A DNA stretch of 59,171 bases from an uncultured delta proteobacterium (GTDB lineage: Bacteria; Desulfobacterota; Binatia; UBA9968), in the NCBI GenBank assembly GCA_963771465.1, contig CAVYTU010000003.1, positions 1 to 59,171 on the forward strand, in the 5' to 3' direction. Position numbers and translations under genes: made by a program. Positions 34,929-45,691 of the stretch are shown here, one piece after another; position 1 is the first letter of the stretch, and every line of letters starts with the position of its first letter. The notes under the pieces were generated by a model. It did no database searches, was not told the origin of the DNA, and worked only from the letters and a program-made list of their open reading frames with translations.

Positions 34929-35012
34929 TTCACCACGAAGGACGCGAAGAGCACGAAGTTCGGAGTCTCAATCGTCCAAACCCTTCGTGTCCTTCGTGCT
35001 CTTCGTGGTGAA
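34929..35012. repeat. Palindromic element with 9-bp periodicity
   Basis: TTCACCACGAAG-GACGCGAAG-AGCACGAAG ... CTTCGTGTC-CTTCGTGCT-CTTCGTGGTGAA. Confidence 0.85.
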
Positions 35013-35036
35013 GTCGAATTTTCTCACCCGTGCATG

Positions 35037-36035
35037 TCAGCCGACCAGCTTCTTAATATCGGCGAAGGCATCGATGACCCGAAAGTCTTGCCGATAACGA
35101 TCGATACTTTCGCCGAGCTGCTCGATCTTTTCGTCAGCCAAGTTGCCGAGAAAATTTCCCGCTTCTGTTAAATACTTTACCTTGCCCGGTTCGATCTTCA
35201 TCAGCCGCGCCGCGGTGGCATCGACGGCGACTAGGTCGTCACCGAAGACCAGCACGCCGCTATTTTTCGCCTGTCCCTGCAGTGGCCCATTGCCTTCCAT
35301 GCCGACGATGCCATCGACGATGGCGAAGCGTGGCAGCGGCAACGAGCTATTGATATCGACGATGCTGCCGTTGATGCCAGCCCAATGCAGCGCATTCTTG
35401 GGCCAGCCATAGATCGATCCCGGAATGACGCCGAACATATTTTTTAAAGATAACGTCACCCCGGCCCAATGGTGGGTTTTGAGTTTGGGCATGGAGACCA
35501 GCAAGTCGGCGTTGTACAAAGTCTCCGGCAAATATAACTGCCTGAAGTGGGTGAAGCTGCTCTTGAGCTGTGTCAGACGCACGTCGTCGTTATTAAGATC
35601 GACGTAGCGCACGCGATGTTCGCGGACCACATCGTAAAGTCCGGAGGCGGTTAGCAGATATTCGTTGTCGCGGCGATGGCCCGGCCCTTCGGCGACGATC
35701 ACCTCACGCGCACCGAGAGTTTTAAAGGCATCGATCGCCGCCTCGACCAACGCCGGGTGGGTGTTGATCACGCCTTTAGCGTCAAACTCCACCAGGTTGG
35801 GCTTCAAGAGCACCCGCTTGCCGTTTACTTGTAGGCGACAGAGCTGAATGCCCCGCTGAATGACATCGCGCAGCGGTTTGCCGTAATCGGCGGCAGCCAA
35901 TATCGCCACTTTCGAGCTCGCCGGCCGGATGAACGCTTCGCGCGTCCAGCGCTGCTCGCGCTCGCAGGCGCCCACCAACGGCGCCATCGCCGCCGCAGCG
36001 GAGGCTTTGAGAAAGTCACGTCGATTCATATTCAT
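35037..36035 (-). CDS. DUF362-domain protein with Tat signal (possible lipoprotein)
   Basis: NRRDFLK twin-arginine motif, LVGAC lipobox-like end; VLLKPN, THP, PKLKTH..AGVTLSLKNMFG, DGIVGMEGNGP, D.VAVDA. Confidence 0.88.
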   Translation of the reverse strand: MNMNRRDFLKASAAAAMAPLVGACEREQRWTREAFIRPASSKVAILAAADYGKPLRDVIQRGIQLCRLQVNGKRVLLKPNLVEFDAKGVINTHPALVEAAIDAFKTLGAREVIVAEGPGHRRDNEYLLTASGLYDVVREHRVRYVDLNNDDVRLTQLKSSFTHFRQLYLPETLYNADLLVSMPKLKTHHWAGVTLSLKNMFGVIPGSIYGWPKNALHWAGINGSIVDINSSLPLPRFAIVDGIVGMEGNGPLQGQAKNSGVLVFGDDLVAVDATAARLMKIEPGKVKYLTEAGNFLGNLADEKIEQLGESIDRYRQDFRVIDAFADIKKLVG

Positions 36036-36038
36036 TCC

Positions 36039-36944
36039 CTAAACCCGAAAGTGACCGGCGCCATCGGCCAGAGCCAAAATCGCCAATGCCAACGGCTTGG
36101 TCTCGCCGAGAAACTTAGTTTTGGCAAAGCGTTGCTCGATGGACCTTTTAAGCGCTGCGCCATCTCGTTCATAAAGCGAGTAGCAAATCGTCGCCCAACT
36201 CAGAGCCAATCCGGAGTCCACGCTCTTCATCATCTCGCCAAGCGCAAGCAAGCTCACCTGATTTTCCTGGCGCTGGCGGCGCTCCCGCGTCGCGATCAAC
36301 GCCAATGCCGTGGTGTCGGGGTAAGCCCATAACTTTTCATCGTAGACCTCCGAGTTGCCGGAGTTCCAACCGCCGCCGTCGCACATGCGGTCATAGAGCA
36401 TCAGCTCGGCCTGCTCGATCCTCTGTTGGAGCGTACTCGCCGGCAGATGCGCTTTGAGTTTTTTCACCGCGATCATGAAATAACTGGTCGGCTCGACCCA
36501 ACTAAAATTACCGGTCGTCCACGGCCAACCGATCAGATCTTGGTTTAAGCGGACGACTTTTTTTTGCCCAGTTACAAAGAGGATGAGCTTAGCCAATAGG
36601 CCCGGCTTGCCGCCTTCTTGCTCAAGCGCCCACTGGCCGGCTTTGACCACCTGAGCGCGATACTCCGGCGCGCTGGCCAAAGCGATAATAGCGATGGCCG
36701 TGGCCCATGACGGCCCCTTGGCGTATTCGTTGATCGGCCAACTGCCGTCGCTGTTTTGCCGCGCGATCAACCAGCGCATTCCCTTTTGCAACGGCGCGGA
36801 AGCGACCGAATTGTTGCCAAGCGACTGGAGGGCCAAAACTGAGAGCCCCGTCATCTCCGTATTGCTACGCTTGCCCAAAACGGCGCCCCACCCGCCGTCC
36901 GGGTTTTGTAGGGTCAACAATAGGCGCACGGCTTCGTCCAACAT
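36039..36944 (-). CDS. Prenyltransferase/squalene-cyclase repeat (alpha/alpha toroid) protein
   Basis: QW-like repeats QNPDGGWG, QNSDGSWP, DGGGWN; GWPW....SWVEPT; YPDTTALAL. Confidence 0.82.
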   Translation of the reverse strand: MLDEAVRLLLTLQNPDGGWGAVLGKRSNTEMTGLSVLALQSLGNNSVASAPLQKGMRWLIARQNSDGSWPINEYAKGPSWATAIAIIALASAPEYRAQVVKAGQWALEQEGGKPGLLAKLILFVTGQKKVVRLNQDLIGWPWTTGNFSWVEPTSYFMIAVKKLKAHLPASTLQQRIEQAELMLYDRMCDGGGWNSGNSEVYDEKLWAYPDTTALALIATRERRQRQENQVSLLALGEMMKSVDSGLALSWATICYSLYERDGAALKRSIEQRFAKTKFLGETKPLALAILALADGAGHFRV

Positions 36945-36954
36945 GATTAAAACT

Positions 36955-38667
36955 CTAGGGCTTTCCTAAACGATAAATGCGATGCATGCCATCGGTGCTG
37001 GTGAAAACATTGATCGCCTGATCGCCATAAGATTTTACCAGTTCATCGAATAACTTTAGGCTCACTTTGCCTTCGGCATAGCCTTGCATCGGATCGATGA
37101 TCAGATAATTGACTTGCAACTTTACCAGCTGGGGTTTGATCTCGTCCACGGAACCGACGTCAGGTTGCGCATTGCCATAGGGATAAAAGTAAGTCGCCGG
37201 CCGGTGCAGCGCGGGGCGGATCGCTCGGCGGCCGGTATAGAGATAATACATCGGATCGTAAGCCGTGGCGAGAACCGCGTCCCGCGGCGTTTGCTCCCGT
37301 ATCCAGGTAAAAGTCTCTTCGAAACCTGCCCAGCTATAGGGCACGCGATTGCCGTAGAGTCCGCGCGTGGTGCGATCGTCCCCGGCCAGCAAGTAGGCGG
37401 ATAACCAGAAAGCATTCAGCGACAAAATGATCAGCAGCGGGCACCACGCCGCCCTTGCAAGCAAAGCGTAGTTTGCTGCGTCAGGCAAAGCTGATGCGAG
37501 CCAAGTGCGCGCCTGGCCGCAACCGCGAAACAAAAACAGCATCAAGATCGGAATCAGCGGCGCCAAGTAGCGCCCCGGATGAAACGGCCAAACCAAGAGC
37601 AACGCCAGGGAGGAAAGAAAGAGGCTCAAAGAAAAAATTTCATGGCGCCTAATCGACACAACCATACCCGTCACCGTCAGTAGCCCAAGGACAAGCGCGA
37701 GTCCCGGCACCAGCGGCGTGAGATAAAGCAGCTCGAAGCTGTCGATCAAGTAGCGCGCATTGCCGGCGATCACAGTCAAATGCTGCGAAACGCTAAATAG
37801 CTTCGCACCCGTCGGATCGTAACCAGCGTAATAAGCGAACAAGGAATCAACCGGTTGCGCGGCATGGAACCAAAGCCAAATAGACCATGGCCCCAGCAAG
37901 CAGCCAACGCCAAGGACAAAAACCATCGCGCCGCGCCAACCGCGGCGTACGAAGGCGTAAAGCACTCCAGCAAATACCAATGGCAGCGCCGCGATCCGCG
38001 TGAGACACGCGAGGCCGACAACGCCAGCGAGAACCAAGAGATGCAAGAGAGACGCACTGACTGCCGTGTGACTTCCCCCCTTTGAAAAAGGGGGGTCAGG
38101 GGGGATTTTAAATTTTGCGCGCTGCAAAATCCCCCTCAATCCCCCTTTTTCAAAGGGGGAAGGTTCGGGCGTCCGGCTACACAGCGTCAACGCGATCATG
38201 GTAAGCAATACCACCACCAGATCGCTCAGAAGATAATCGGTGTAGCTGAAGATGATCGGATTGGTGCAAACCAGCACAGCGAATAGAACCGCCATGAATC
38301 GTGAACTGCTAGAACTCCGGCGAAAGTATGCCACGGCGGATAGGAAAATCGCCACCAGTATCACGACATTCAGCGACTTGAGCAAGGCGATATTTTTTGG
38401 AAACGAGGGAGCTAAACGCCAAGGAAACGATACGAGGAAAGAAAAGAGAAAAGGATATTTGGTCTGCGCCGGAGCGCCCGGCAAACTTTCGATGCGGTAG
38501 CCATTGCCCTCGCCTAGGGCTTTTGCGGCCACGGCGTAAATCCCGTCGTCGTGAAATAAACCAAGAATCTGCTTATTGGCGCCCCAGAAAGCGGCACTGC
38601 CGAGCAGCAGAGCTAAAATGATGACGGGCGCGGAATAGAAGTTAACGATCGACTCGGAGCGCTCCAT
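36955..38667 (-). CDS. Multi-TM GT-C-like (ArnT/PMT-like) glycosyltransferase
   Basis: HDDGIY after TM1, KYPFLFS, LLSD, LTR, RYLAPL, soluble C-terminal domain. Confidence 0.7.
   Translation of the reverse strand: MERSESIVNFYSAPVIILALLLGSAAFWGANKQILGLFHDDGIYAVAAKALGEGNGYRIESLPGAPAQTKYPFLFSFLVSFPWRLAPSFPKNIALLKSLNVVILVAIFLSAVAYFRRSSSSSRFMAVLFAVLVCTNPIIFSYTDYLLSDLVVVLLTMIALTLCSRTPEPSPFEKGGLRGILQRAKFKIPPDPPFSKGGSHTAVSASLLHLLVLAGVVGLACLTRIAALPLVFAGVLYAFVRRGWRGAMVFVLGVGCLLGPWSIWLWFHAAQPVDSLFAYYAGYDPTGAKLFSVSQHLTVIAGNARYLIDSFELLYLTPLVPGLALVLGLLTVTGMVVSIRRHEIFSLSLFLSSLALLLVWPFHPGRYLAPLIPILMLFLFRGCGQARTWLASALPDAANYALLARAAWCPLLIILSLNAFWLSAYLLAGDDRTTRGLYGNRVPYSWAGFEETFTWIREQTPRDAVLATAYDPMYYLYTGRRAIRPALHRPATYFYPYGNAQPDVGSVDEIKPQLVKLQVNYLIIDPMQGYAEGKVSLKLFDELVKSYGDQAINVFTSTDGMHRIYRLGKP
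38072..38162. repeat. Intragenic palindromic (REP-doublet-like) element
   Basis: CTTCCCCCCTTTGAAAAAGGGGGGTCAGGGGGGATTTT at 38072-38109 and an inverted near-copy at 38126-38162. Confidence 0.85.
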
Positions 38668-38679
38668 AACGATCGGAGC

Positions 38680-39713
38680 TTATTTGGCTAGACCCAACTC
38701 CTCGTCGATGATCGCGGCAAAAGCCTCGACCGGCTGAGATCCGGAAATCTCCCGGCCGTTAATAAAAAACGCCGGCGTACCGGTGAGGCCGAGATTGGCG
38801 CCCTCGTTCAAATCCTTCTGCACAGCAGCTTTGAACTTGCCGCTCGTGAAACATTGCTCGAAAGACGCGAGATTCAACCCGACTTCCTTAGCCGCGCTCT
38901 TGAGATCTTCAGACGCCCAGCTTCGGCGCCTGTGCGTAAAGCTGGTCATGATAATTCCCAAAACTTGCCCTGATCCCCAGCACAGCGTGCCGCTTCCGCC
39001 GCCGGACGCGCTTGAGGATGGATCTCCTCCAGTGGAAGATCCTTGTGCACGAGCTTTACTTTCCCGTCGTAACGCTTGAGCAGTTCCAGGAATGTTGGCT
39101 GGACAGTTTTACAGTAGGGACATTGATAGTCTTCGAACTTAACGATTGTAACGGCGGCCTTTTCCGCGCCCCTCAGCGGCGCCCCGGCAAACGCCACCTC
39201 CGCGCGATATACTGAAGGTGGCTTCAGATACGTCGTGACTTTGGCCTTGGAGCGAAGCGCTGTAAAAAATTCCTGTTTTTGTTTTTCAACCTTTTGTTCG
39301 CGTAGGAAGTCGCGAATCTGATCAGAGACCTTGGCCAATTCAACCCGAAGCCGACCTTTATTGCTGTCATAAAAACCTTGTATCTCGTTCTCCGCGATCG
39401 GTGGAACCTTGCTGTTCACTTCCTGCTCCAACAGCGTCGACACCGACACGTTTCGATTCTTCGCTTCCTTAGTCAGTAAAGTTGCACCGATGTATTCGTC
39501 GAGCTTCTGGCGCTCGAGTTTATAAAGTTGCTCGCGTGCCTTGGACAGCGCTTTCCCACCCGAGCGGTCTAAATCCGCTCGAGTGATTGCGGTCCCGTCG
39601 ACTTCCGCGAGCTTTTGAGACTCGTTTCCAGGACGACAGCCCAACGCCGGCAAAATCGTTACGCCGAGCAAAAAACAGATAAACCAACCTGTACATGAAG
39701 AAATTTTATTCAA
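38680..39713 (-). CDS. DsbA-family thioredoxin-fold lipoprotein with SurA-like N-terminal helical domain; frameshifted near 38950
   Basis: Lipobox LPALGC; FEDYQCPYC; HKDLPL..IHPQA..AAEAA; GTPAFFING; start position approximate. Confidence 0.85.
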
Positions 39714-39798
39714 GAAATAACGGATTGGCTGCACAAGCAGCCAATCCGTTGAGAGTGACGCAAGTTCGATGGATAAAAGCAGGGGTTGGTCTAAACCC

Positions 39799-40825
39799 CT
39801 ACATATTTTTTGCCTTCTCCCGCACCAGCCTGTGCGAAAAACACAGACTAGAACTAAGGTCATCGAGGGTTTGGTTGCAAACGACGTCGGCCACGATGTA
39901 TTTGGGATTCCCGGTGTCAACAATCGATTTCGGTCTGATTTTGGCGAAATCCGTGATTCTCGTCGGATTATTCGGATCACAATTGCCGCCACCGCCGATC
40001 ACCGGAATGATCCACCAAGTGTTAGGCCATCCGTTCGCTGAAAAAAAGTCCTCCGCTGTCTTCAAAACAGTGTTGACTTGCCCTTTATTTTGGCAAATTG
40101 CAGCACCTATCGCGAGCGTGCCGCTTATTGTATTGCCCGAGCAGGTTCCGGCGGTCTCGAAACCTGCCTTGATATCGGGTGCTCCCGATGAACAATCGAA
40201 AAAGGTCGTCCAGCAAGCGTTCTCGCCAGCCGGGTTCTCGGCATCGTTAGTCGGGTGTTGCATCTGTATCTTCACGTCGTTTACTTGAGTGCTGCCATTG
40301 CAGACCCCCGACCACAACGCTATCGGAATCGCCGGCTTCGTTTGTATTGTCGCGACCGCACTAACGTCGACATCCTTAGTCCCCGCAGTAGTGACGCCCA
40401 GTAAATTCAGCAGCGGTGTTAAAAACATGGGGGTGGTTATTGCACTGTTATTGGTGGCTGTCTCCAGCGCTACTCGCACGCCATTGGCTGTGTTGTATGT
40501 TTTCCGCATAATTAGTGATCGTATTAGTGGCATAATCGTATTGAACGTAGCTGACATTAGCGGCTTTAATCGGATTGGTTTGAATTTCGACGTAGTTATT
40601 TGTCGAATTGAAACCCATCGCTCGGTTTTCAACCTGCGCAGCGACACGAGACGGCAACCCCGACACTGCGGCTAGCGCCGCAGCATCCACCGCGGCTTGG
40701 CCCTGATTTCGAACATACGTCAGCTGACCCGTATCCAAACCAAGGCCGACCATTATCAAGAGAACGACAATCATGAGTGTCGCAAATACTAGAACTGACC
40801 CCCGTTCGTTTTTTATGATTTGCAT
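39799..40825 (-). CDS. tadG: TadG/Tad-domain pilus-associated protein, frameshifted near 40500
   Basis: NERGSVLVF..., LDTGQL...QAAVDAAALAA; Cys-rich C-terminal domain in the second ORF. Confidence 0.82.
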
Positions 40826-40847
40826 ATAGTCTCCTGAATTTGTCGCG

Positions 40848-41348
40848 CTACGAATGCGTGCCGGTGGCCGTTACGTTTGTACAAGCGGTGGTTGTCGAAC
40901 CGGTTCCACCATTCTTATCGGGCTGGCGTTCATAACGCATCCTTGTTGTCCGAGTAATTAGCATCGAATTTGGAGGAGTAATACCGAGCAAATACATTAG
41001 CCGATACAGGGTAAAGGTATATGTTCCCCGGGCGACCACTTCAACAAACTGCGCGCACTCCGGGGCACCGTCCCCGTAAAGTTTTACCGTAACGTCCTTG
41101 TTTGGCGTTACCAACAACTGCGGCAAGTTAGCGAAAATATCGTCGGCCACGCCGTCCGCTAAAGTATCATCCAAAGCATTAGTGCTGGACGCGATCCGCG
41201 CACCGTCACGTACCGCGTTTTGGGTGATATGACCAGCGAAGATCGACATCCCAAAATCGAACGGGACATACAAGGCTACCAACAACACGGGCGTGATTAG
41301 AGAAATCTCGACTATGCTTTGACCTTTGCGGTTGAATATTGATTGCAT
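40848..41348 (-). CDS. tadE: TadE-like pseudopilin
   Basis: RKGQSIVEISL...AVRDGARIA. Confidence 0.88.
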   Translation of the reverse strand: MQSIFNRKGQSIVEISLITPVLLVALYVPFDFGMSIFAGHITQNAVRDGARIASSTNALDDTLADGVADDIFANLPQLLVTPNKDVTVKLYGDGAPECAQFVEVVARGTYTFTLYRLMYLLGITPPNSMLITRTTRMRYERQPDKNGGTGSTTTACTNVTATGTHS

Positions 41349-41373
41349 AAAAACCTCGGCGCGGCTGCCTAAA

Positions 41374-41913
41374 CTAACATTGATGCTCCCAACGCATACG
41401 GGTCTCACGAGTAATGGGGGTGGCATTCAAATCAGACTGTACTTTGATGAAATTCAAAAGCTGATAGAAAAAGAAGTTGTAGCTTCCCCTCACCCGAACT
41501 CGCACCATCTGGTTGCACGCGCCACTACCAGGAACTAATTCTACAAGAACCCTCGCATTTGAAAACGCGGCGCACTTCACTTCGCCGACTCCCAGCGCGG
41601 CAGGTTCGGTCAAGAAGGCAACCGAAAGTCTCCTGCAGGTTTCTGTTGTCACGTCAGTAATGGCGGCAGCATTAAACGGACTCGGGGTAGCCGATCCGAT
41701 TCGAGCCCCCTCCCTAGCTGCACTCGACGCGATCTGACCCGAGACGAAGGCGAGTCCGAAATCGGCGGGTATCCAAGCGATGATCAAAAGCAACATAAAG
41801 ACCAAGGTGAACTCAACCGTGGCTTGGCCTTTGTTCCGATTAGAGGAGTCCTGCAAAAGTGCTTGCGGGCGACGACTACTTGCCAGCTTCGATAAATCTA
41901 ATTTCATTTTCAT
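41374..41913 (-). CDS. tadE: TadE/TadF-like pseudopilin
   Basis: NKGQATVEFTLV...AAREGARIG. Confidence 0.88.
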   Translation of the reverse strand: MKMKLDLSKLASSRRPQALLQDSSNRNKGQATVEFTLVFMLLLIIAWIPADFGLAFVSGQIASSAAREGARIGSATPSPFNAAAITDVTTETCRRLSVAFLTEPAALGVGEVKCAAFSNARVLVELVPGSGACNQMVRVRVRGSYNFFFYQLLNFIKVQSDLNATPITRETRMRWEHQC

Positions 41914-41964
41914 GGTATTCACCCGACGACCTCCTCCCAAAGTGAAACCACCACCCCAAAACAT

Positions 41965-42363
41965 TTAGCCAATCTGGCTGAGACGCGTATCTCGCAAATC
42001 ATCCATCTCAGACGTCTCGGCTAGGGATATTTCTAACTCGTCGCCGATCTCGGTGCGTGACTTTCGAATCGTTCCACTCGGCAATTCGAGCACGCTATAA
42101 CCTCTCAAATGAACGCCGCTTATGCGGTGCGGCGACATGCCGGAAATCAAGCCTAACACGTGGCAAGCCTTGTTGAGGAAAACCACATCGATGGGAAACT
42201 TCATTCCAACGGTATGTATCCCTTTGCTCGGCATCAGCCACAACGCTTCTTCCGGTGCCAGGTTTCTGCGCTTCAACAAGCCCACCAAGCGGGTTAAGAA
42301 ATTATCCGCCTTGCGCACCTTGGTCGCGAGCCACGTCTTCTTGGTTAAATTAATTACCGGCAC
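41965..42363 (-). CDS. DUF192 domain protein
   Basis: ADNFLTRLVGLL, IHTVGMKFPIDVVFL, SVLELPSG. Confidence 0.88.
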   Translation of the reverse strand: MPVINLTKKTWLATKVRKADNFLTRLVGLLKRRNLAPEEALWLMPSKGIHTVGMKFPIDVVFLNKACHVLGLISGMSPHRISGVHLRGYSVLELPSGTIRKSRTEIGDELEISLAETSEMDDLRDTRLSQIG

Positions 42364-42374
42364 AACGCTCTATC

Positions 42375-43316
42375 CTAATTAGCCAACGGATCCGAGAGCA
42401 TCTTTATAATCCCCAACCCTGGAGGGCCTAAGAGCAATATAAATATCGCCGGGAGAATAAAAAACACCAATGGAAAAATTAACTTAATTACCGTCTTGCG
42501 CGCGGCTTCCTCGGCCGCCTGGCTGCGCTTGTCACGCATGGTTTCGGCGTAAACCCGCAACGCACGGGATATGCTACCACCCATTTCTTCAGTTTGCGTT
42601 AGAAATGTCACCAGTTGTTTAAACTCGTCGATACCTACCCGATCTGCCAAACGGAGCAATGCCTCTTTACGCGCGGCGCCGGCCTGCATCTCCTGGTTGG
42701 CGAGCATGAGTTCTTCACCAAGCGCCAATCCTTGCGAGTTCTGCTCTCGCCCAACGCGATTGAGCGCGGAATCGACGCCCATACCGGCCTCGACGCAGAC
42801 AACGATCAAATCAAGAGTGTCGGGCAGAGTCTCCTTCATCTGCCGGACCCGGGCGCGGGATTTACGAAAAACCGTGAGCGCTGGGAGCATATAGCCAACC
42901 GCGGCGCCAACCCCCCCCAGCATCAGAAAATCGCTCATTGAGGAGTTGCTCGTCATCGCAACGGCCATGCCACCGAAACCGAAGGCGGCGGTTAGGAAAA
43001 TTCTCACGCCCCAGAATATCCGCACGGCTCGATTTCCGCGGTAACCAGCCTGATGCAGACTGCGACTCATGGAGTTAAATCGTTCCGGCATCTCCTTATC
43101 GCCGAAAAAGAAATTAGTCACCTGCTCCCAGATGGTTATTTCATCGTTTTCATGCAGCCGGATCGCCGCGCGAGCTTGGGACTGAGCGTTGATACTTTGC
43201 AGTCGTTGCTGAATGACATCGTCGGCCACCGGTGCGCGTGACGCGACCACAAAGTAAACAATCCCGGAGATCAGTCCAAAAAAGCCAACAGCGATTAATA
43301 ATTCCATGGCAATCAC
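42375..43316 (-). CDS. tadC: Tad inner-membrane platform protein TadC
   Basis: LPDTLDLIVVCVEAGMG..., AEEAARK..IKLIFPLVFFILP. Confidence 0.92.
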   Translation of the reverse strand: MIAMELLIAVGFFGLISGIVYFVVASRAPVADDVIQQRLQSINAQSQARAAIRLHENDEITIWEQVTNFFFGDKEMPERFNSMSRSLHQAGYRGNRAVRIFWGVRIFLTAAFGFGGMAVAMTSNSSMSDFLMLGGVGAAVGYMLPALTVFRKSRARVRQMKETLPDTLDLIVVCVEAGMGVDSALNRVGREQNSQGLALGEELMLANQEMQAGAARKEALLRLADRVGIDEFKQLVTFLTQTEEMGGSISRALRVYAETMRDKRSQAAEEAARKTVIKLIFPLVFFILPAIFILLLGPPGLGIIKMLSDPLAN

Positions 43317-44291
43317 CTAAATATGGATCTTTATAATCTTACGGAAAACTAGAATCCCGCAGACTTCCAAAACCAATGCCGCCGCCAACATGGCGCGGCC
43401 GGCCGGCGCGGCCATGAACTCATTCATCATTTGCGATTCACGCATAAACATGAAAACCGCAAGAAACGGCGGAACTGAGCAAACGGTCCAGGCGCTGACG
43501 CGGTTCTGAGCGGTAAGGCTCTTGATCAACCGCTCGATACGGAACCGGTCGCGAATAATAGACGACAGCTTGTTGAGTAGCTCCGCCAAACTGCCACCGA
43601 CCTCCCGCTGCACCATGAGCGCGGTATTAAATAAGCGAACCTCGGGCAGGTTCATACGCTCTTCGAACTTGAGCAGCGCATCCGCCAGCGGCAGTCCGAG
43701 ATTCACTTCTTCAATAAAAACTGAAAATTCTGTGCCCATGGGATCGGGCATTTCCTTGGCGACAAAAAGCATTGCCTGCGTTAGCCCTAAGCCAGCTTGC
43801 AGACTCTGGGCGATCATATCGAGCCCATCGGGAAATTGCTCAAGGAATTTTCGCAATCGTTTCCAAATGATGAATTGCAAATAAACATACGGACAACACA
43901 ATGCGATCACGGCGAAGATCATGCAGGCTATAGTCGCCTGGCCCAGCAACGAAGCGAGAAAGAAAGTGACGCCTCCGGCACCGAAGGAGCAAAGCAGGAA
44001 GAGTCCAGGAGTCATATCGACGTTGGCTCTTTCCAATAACAAGTCGATGCGGCGAATGAATTTGATGCGGGCTAAATAGTCGTTTAGCCAGGGAAGTTCA
44101 CTGTAGACCGCGTTTTTCAGCAAGCTTTGAATTTCTGATTTTGACGCATAGTCGAGCTTGCCGATGGCAGTCAAACGTCGTTTGATGCGAGCCTGAGCCG
44201 TATCCTGAACTGCCATGGGCAGCATGAATAGGATCACAATCAAGGAAACCGACGCTAGAAACGAGAAAGTGACAATGAGCAGTAAACTCAT
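43317..44291 (-). CDS. tadB: Tad inner-membrane platform protein TadB
   Basis: [34 protein letters not shown]. Confidence 0.92.
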   Translation of the reverse strand: MSLLLIVTFSFLASVSLIVILFMLPMAVQDTAQARIKRRLTAIGKLDYASKSEIQSLLKNAVYSELPWLNDYLARIKFIRRIDLLLERANVDMTPGLFLLCSFGAGGVTFFLASLLGQATIACMIFAVIALCCPYVYLQFIIWKRLRKFLEQFPDGLDMIAQSLQAGLGLTQAMLFVAKEMPDPMGTEFSVFIEEVNLGLPLADALLKFEERMNLPEVRLFNTALMVQREVGGSLAELLNKLSSIIRDRFRIERLIKSLTAQNRVSAWTVCSVPPFLAVFMFMRESQMMNEFMAAPAGRAMLAAALVLEVCGILVFRKIIKIHI

Positions 44292-45679
44292 AATGGTCTT
44301 CTCTTAGCTCCCATGGTTACGGGTAGAAAATGAGTATTCGGAATCTTGAAGCCGTAGCGCTCCAAACGGTCCATAAACGACGGCATGACGCCAGTGGCAA
44401 CGAATTCGCCGACAACCTTACCGTTCTCAACGCCGCGCTGATCGAACTTGAAGATCGTTTGAGTGGTGATGGTGTTGCCTTCCATGCCGGTGACTTCGGA
44501 CAATTCAATGACCTTTCTACTACCGTCATTTAAACGGGTCAGCTGAACGATCACATCGACCGCGGAAGAAATCTGTTCGCGCAATGCGCGCTCCGGCAAA
44601 TTGATTCCGGCCATCAACATCATGGTCTCGAGTCGGGAAAGCGCATCGCGTCCGCTATTGGCATGCACCGTACTGATTGAACCGTCGTGACCCGTGTTCA
44701 TTGCCTGCATCATGTCCAGCGCCTCGCCGCCGCGCACCTCGCCGACAACGATACGATCCGGTCGCATACGCAACGCGTTACGGACAAGATCTCTAGCGGT
44801 GACGCTGCCTTGACCTTCGATATTCGCCGGACGGGTTTCAAGGCGCACCACATGCTCTTGTTGCAACTTCAACTCGGCGGAATCTTCGATCGTAACGATT
44901 CGTTCATTTTCCGGAATGTAGTTGGACAAGCAGTTCAGCAGCGTCGTCTTGCCGGCGCCCGTACCACCGGAAACAATCATGTTCAACCGAGACTTGACGC
45001 AAGCCGCCGCCACTTCGGCCATTTGCGGCGGGATTGAATTGAACTGGATTAAATCGTTCATGGTTAAGCGCTCGGCGCCAAATCGCCGAATCGAAAGAAT
45101 CGGTCCATCTAGCGCAAGCGGCGGAATGATCGCATTGACACGCGAACCATCGGCTAAGCGGGCATCGACCATCGGCGAGCTTTCATCGACGCGCCGGCCG
45201 ACCCGCGTCACGATGCGTTCAATGATCTGCATCAAATGCGCATCGTCACGAAAGCGCACATCGGTCTTTTCCAGCTTGCCATAACGCTCGACGAAGACGA
45301 GGCTCGAAGAATTCACCAATATGTCTGAAATCTCCGGATCCTTCATCAAGGTTTCCAGCGGCCCAAGTCCAAAAACTTCATGCTGGACCTCCATCACCAA
45401 TCGATCACGATCCACACGGCTGAGCGGAATCGCTTCGGCCATCACCATGTCTTCGAGAATGCGCCGAATTTCAACGCGCACGCGCTCCATCTCGAGATTG
45501 GACAGCTTCGTCAGGTCGAGAGTATCGATGAGCCGGCGATGGATTCGCAGCCTAAGATCCTGCAAAACTACATCAGGGTTGGTTGTCTGAACGGCGCGGA
45601 ACGGCGCCCGAGACCCGTCGCCGTTGGCTCTATCCGCGTCCCAGCGCTCTCGATCCGTTTCGAAGGAAGGATTCTTCAT
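44288..45679 (-). CDS. tadA: Tad pilus assembly ATPase TadA/CpaF
   Basis: [52 protein letters not shown]. Confidence 0.96.
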   Translation of the reverse strand: MKNPSFETDRERWDADRANGDGSRAPFRAVQTTNPDVVLQDLRLRIHRRLIDTLDLTKLSNLEMERVRVEIRRILEDMVMAEAIPLSRVDRDRLVMEVQHEVFGLGPLETLMKDPEISDILVNSSSLVFVERYGKLEKTDVRFRDDAHLMQIIERIVTRVGRRVDESSPMVDARLADGSRVNAIIPPLALDGPILSIRRFGAERLTMNDLIQFNSIPPQMAEVAAACVKSRLNMIVSGGTGAGKTTLLNCLSNYIPENERIVTIEDSAELKLQQEHVVRLETRPANIEGQGSVTARDLVRNALRMRPDRIVVGEVRGGEALDMMQAMNTGHDGSISTVHANSGRDALSRLETMMLMAGINLPERALREQISSAVDVIVQLTRLNDGSRKVIELSEVTGMEGNTITTQTIFKFDQRGVENGKVVGEFVATGVMPSFMDRLERYGFKIPNTHFLPVTMGAKRRPL

Positions 45680-45691
45680 AATACAAACTCC

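Noticed and set aside
36039-36944. Squalene-hopene cyclase
   Set aside because: It is only 301 aa (a single toroid) and lacks the DxDD catalytic motif
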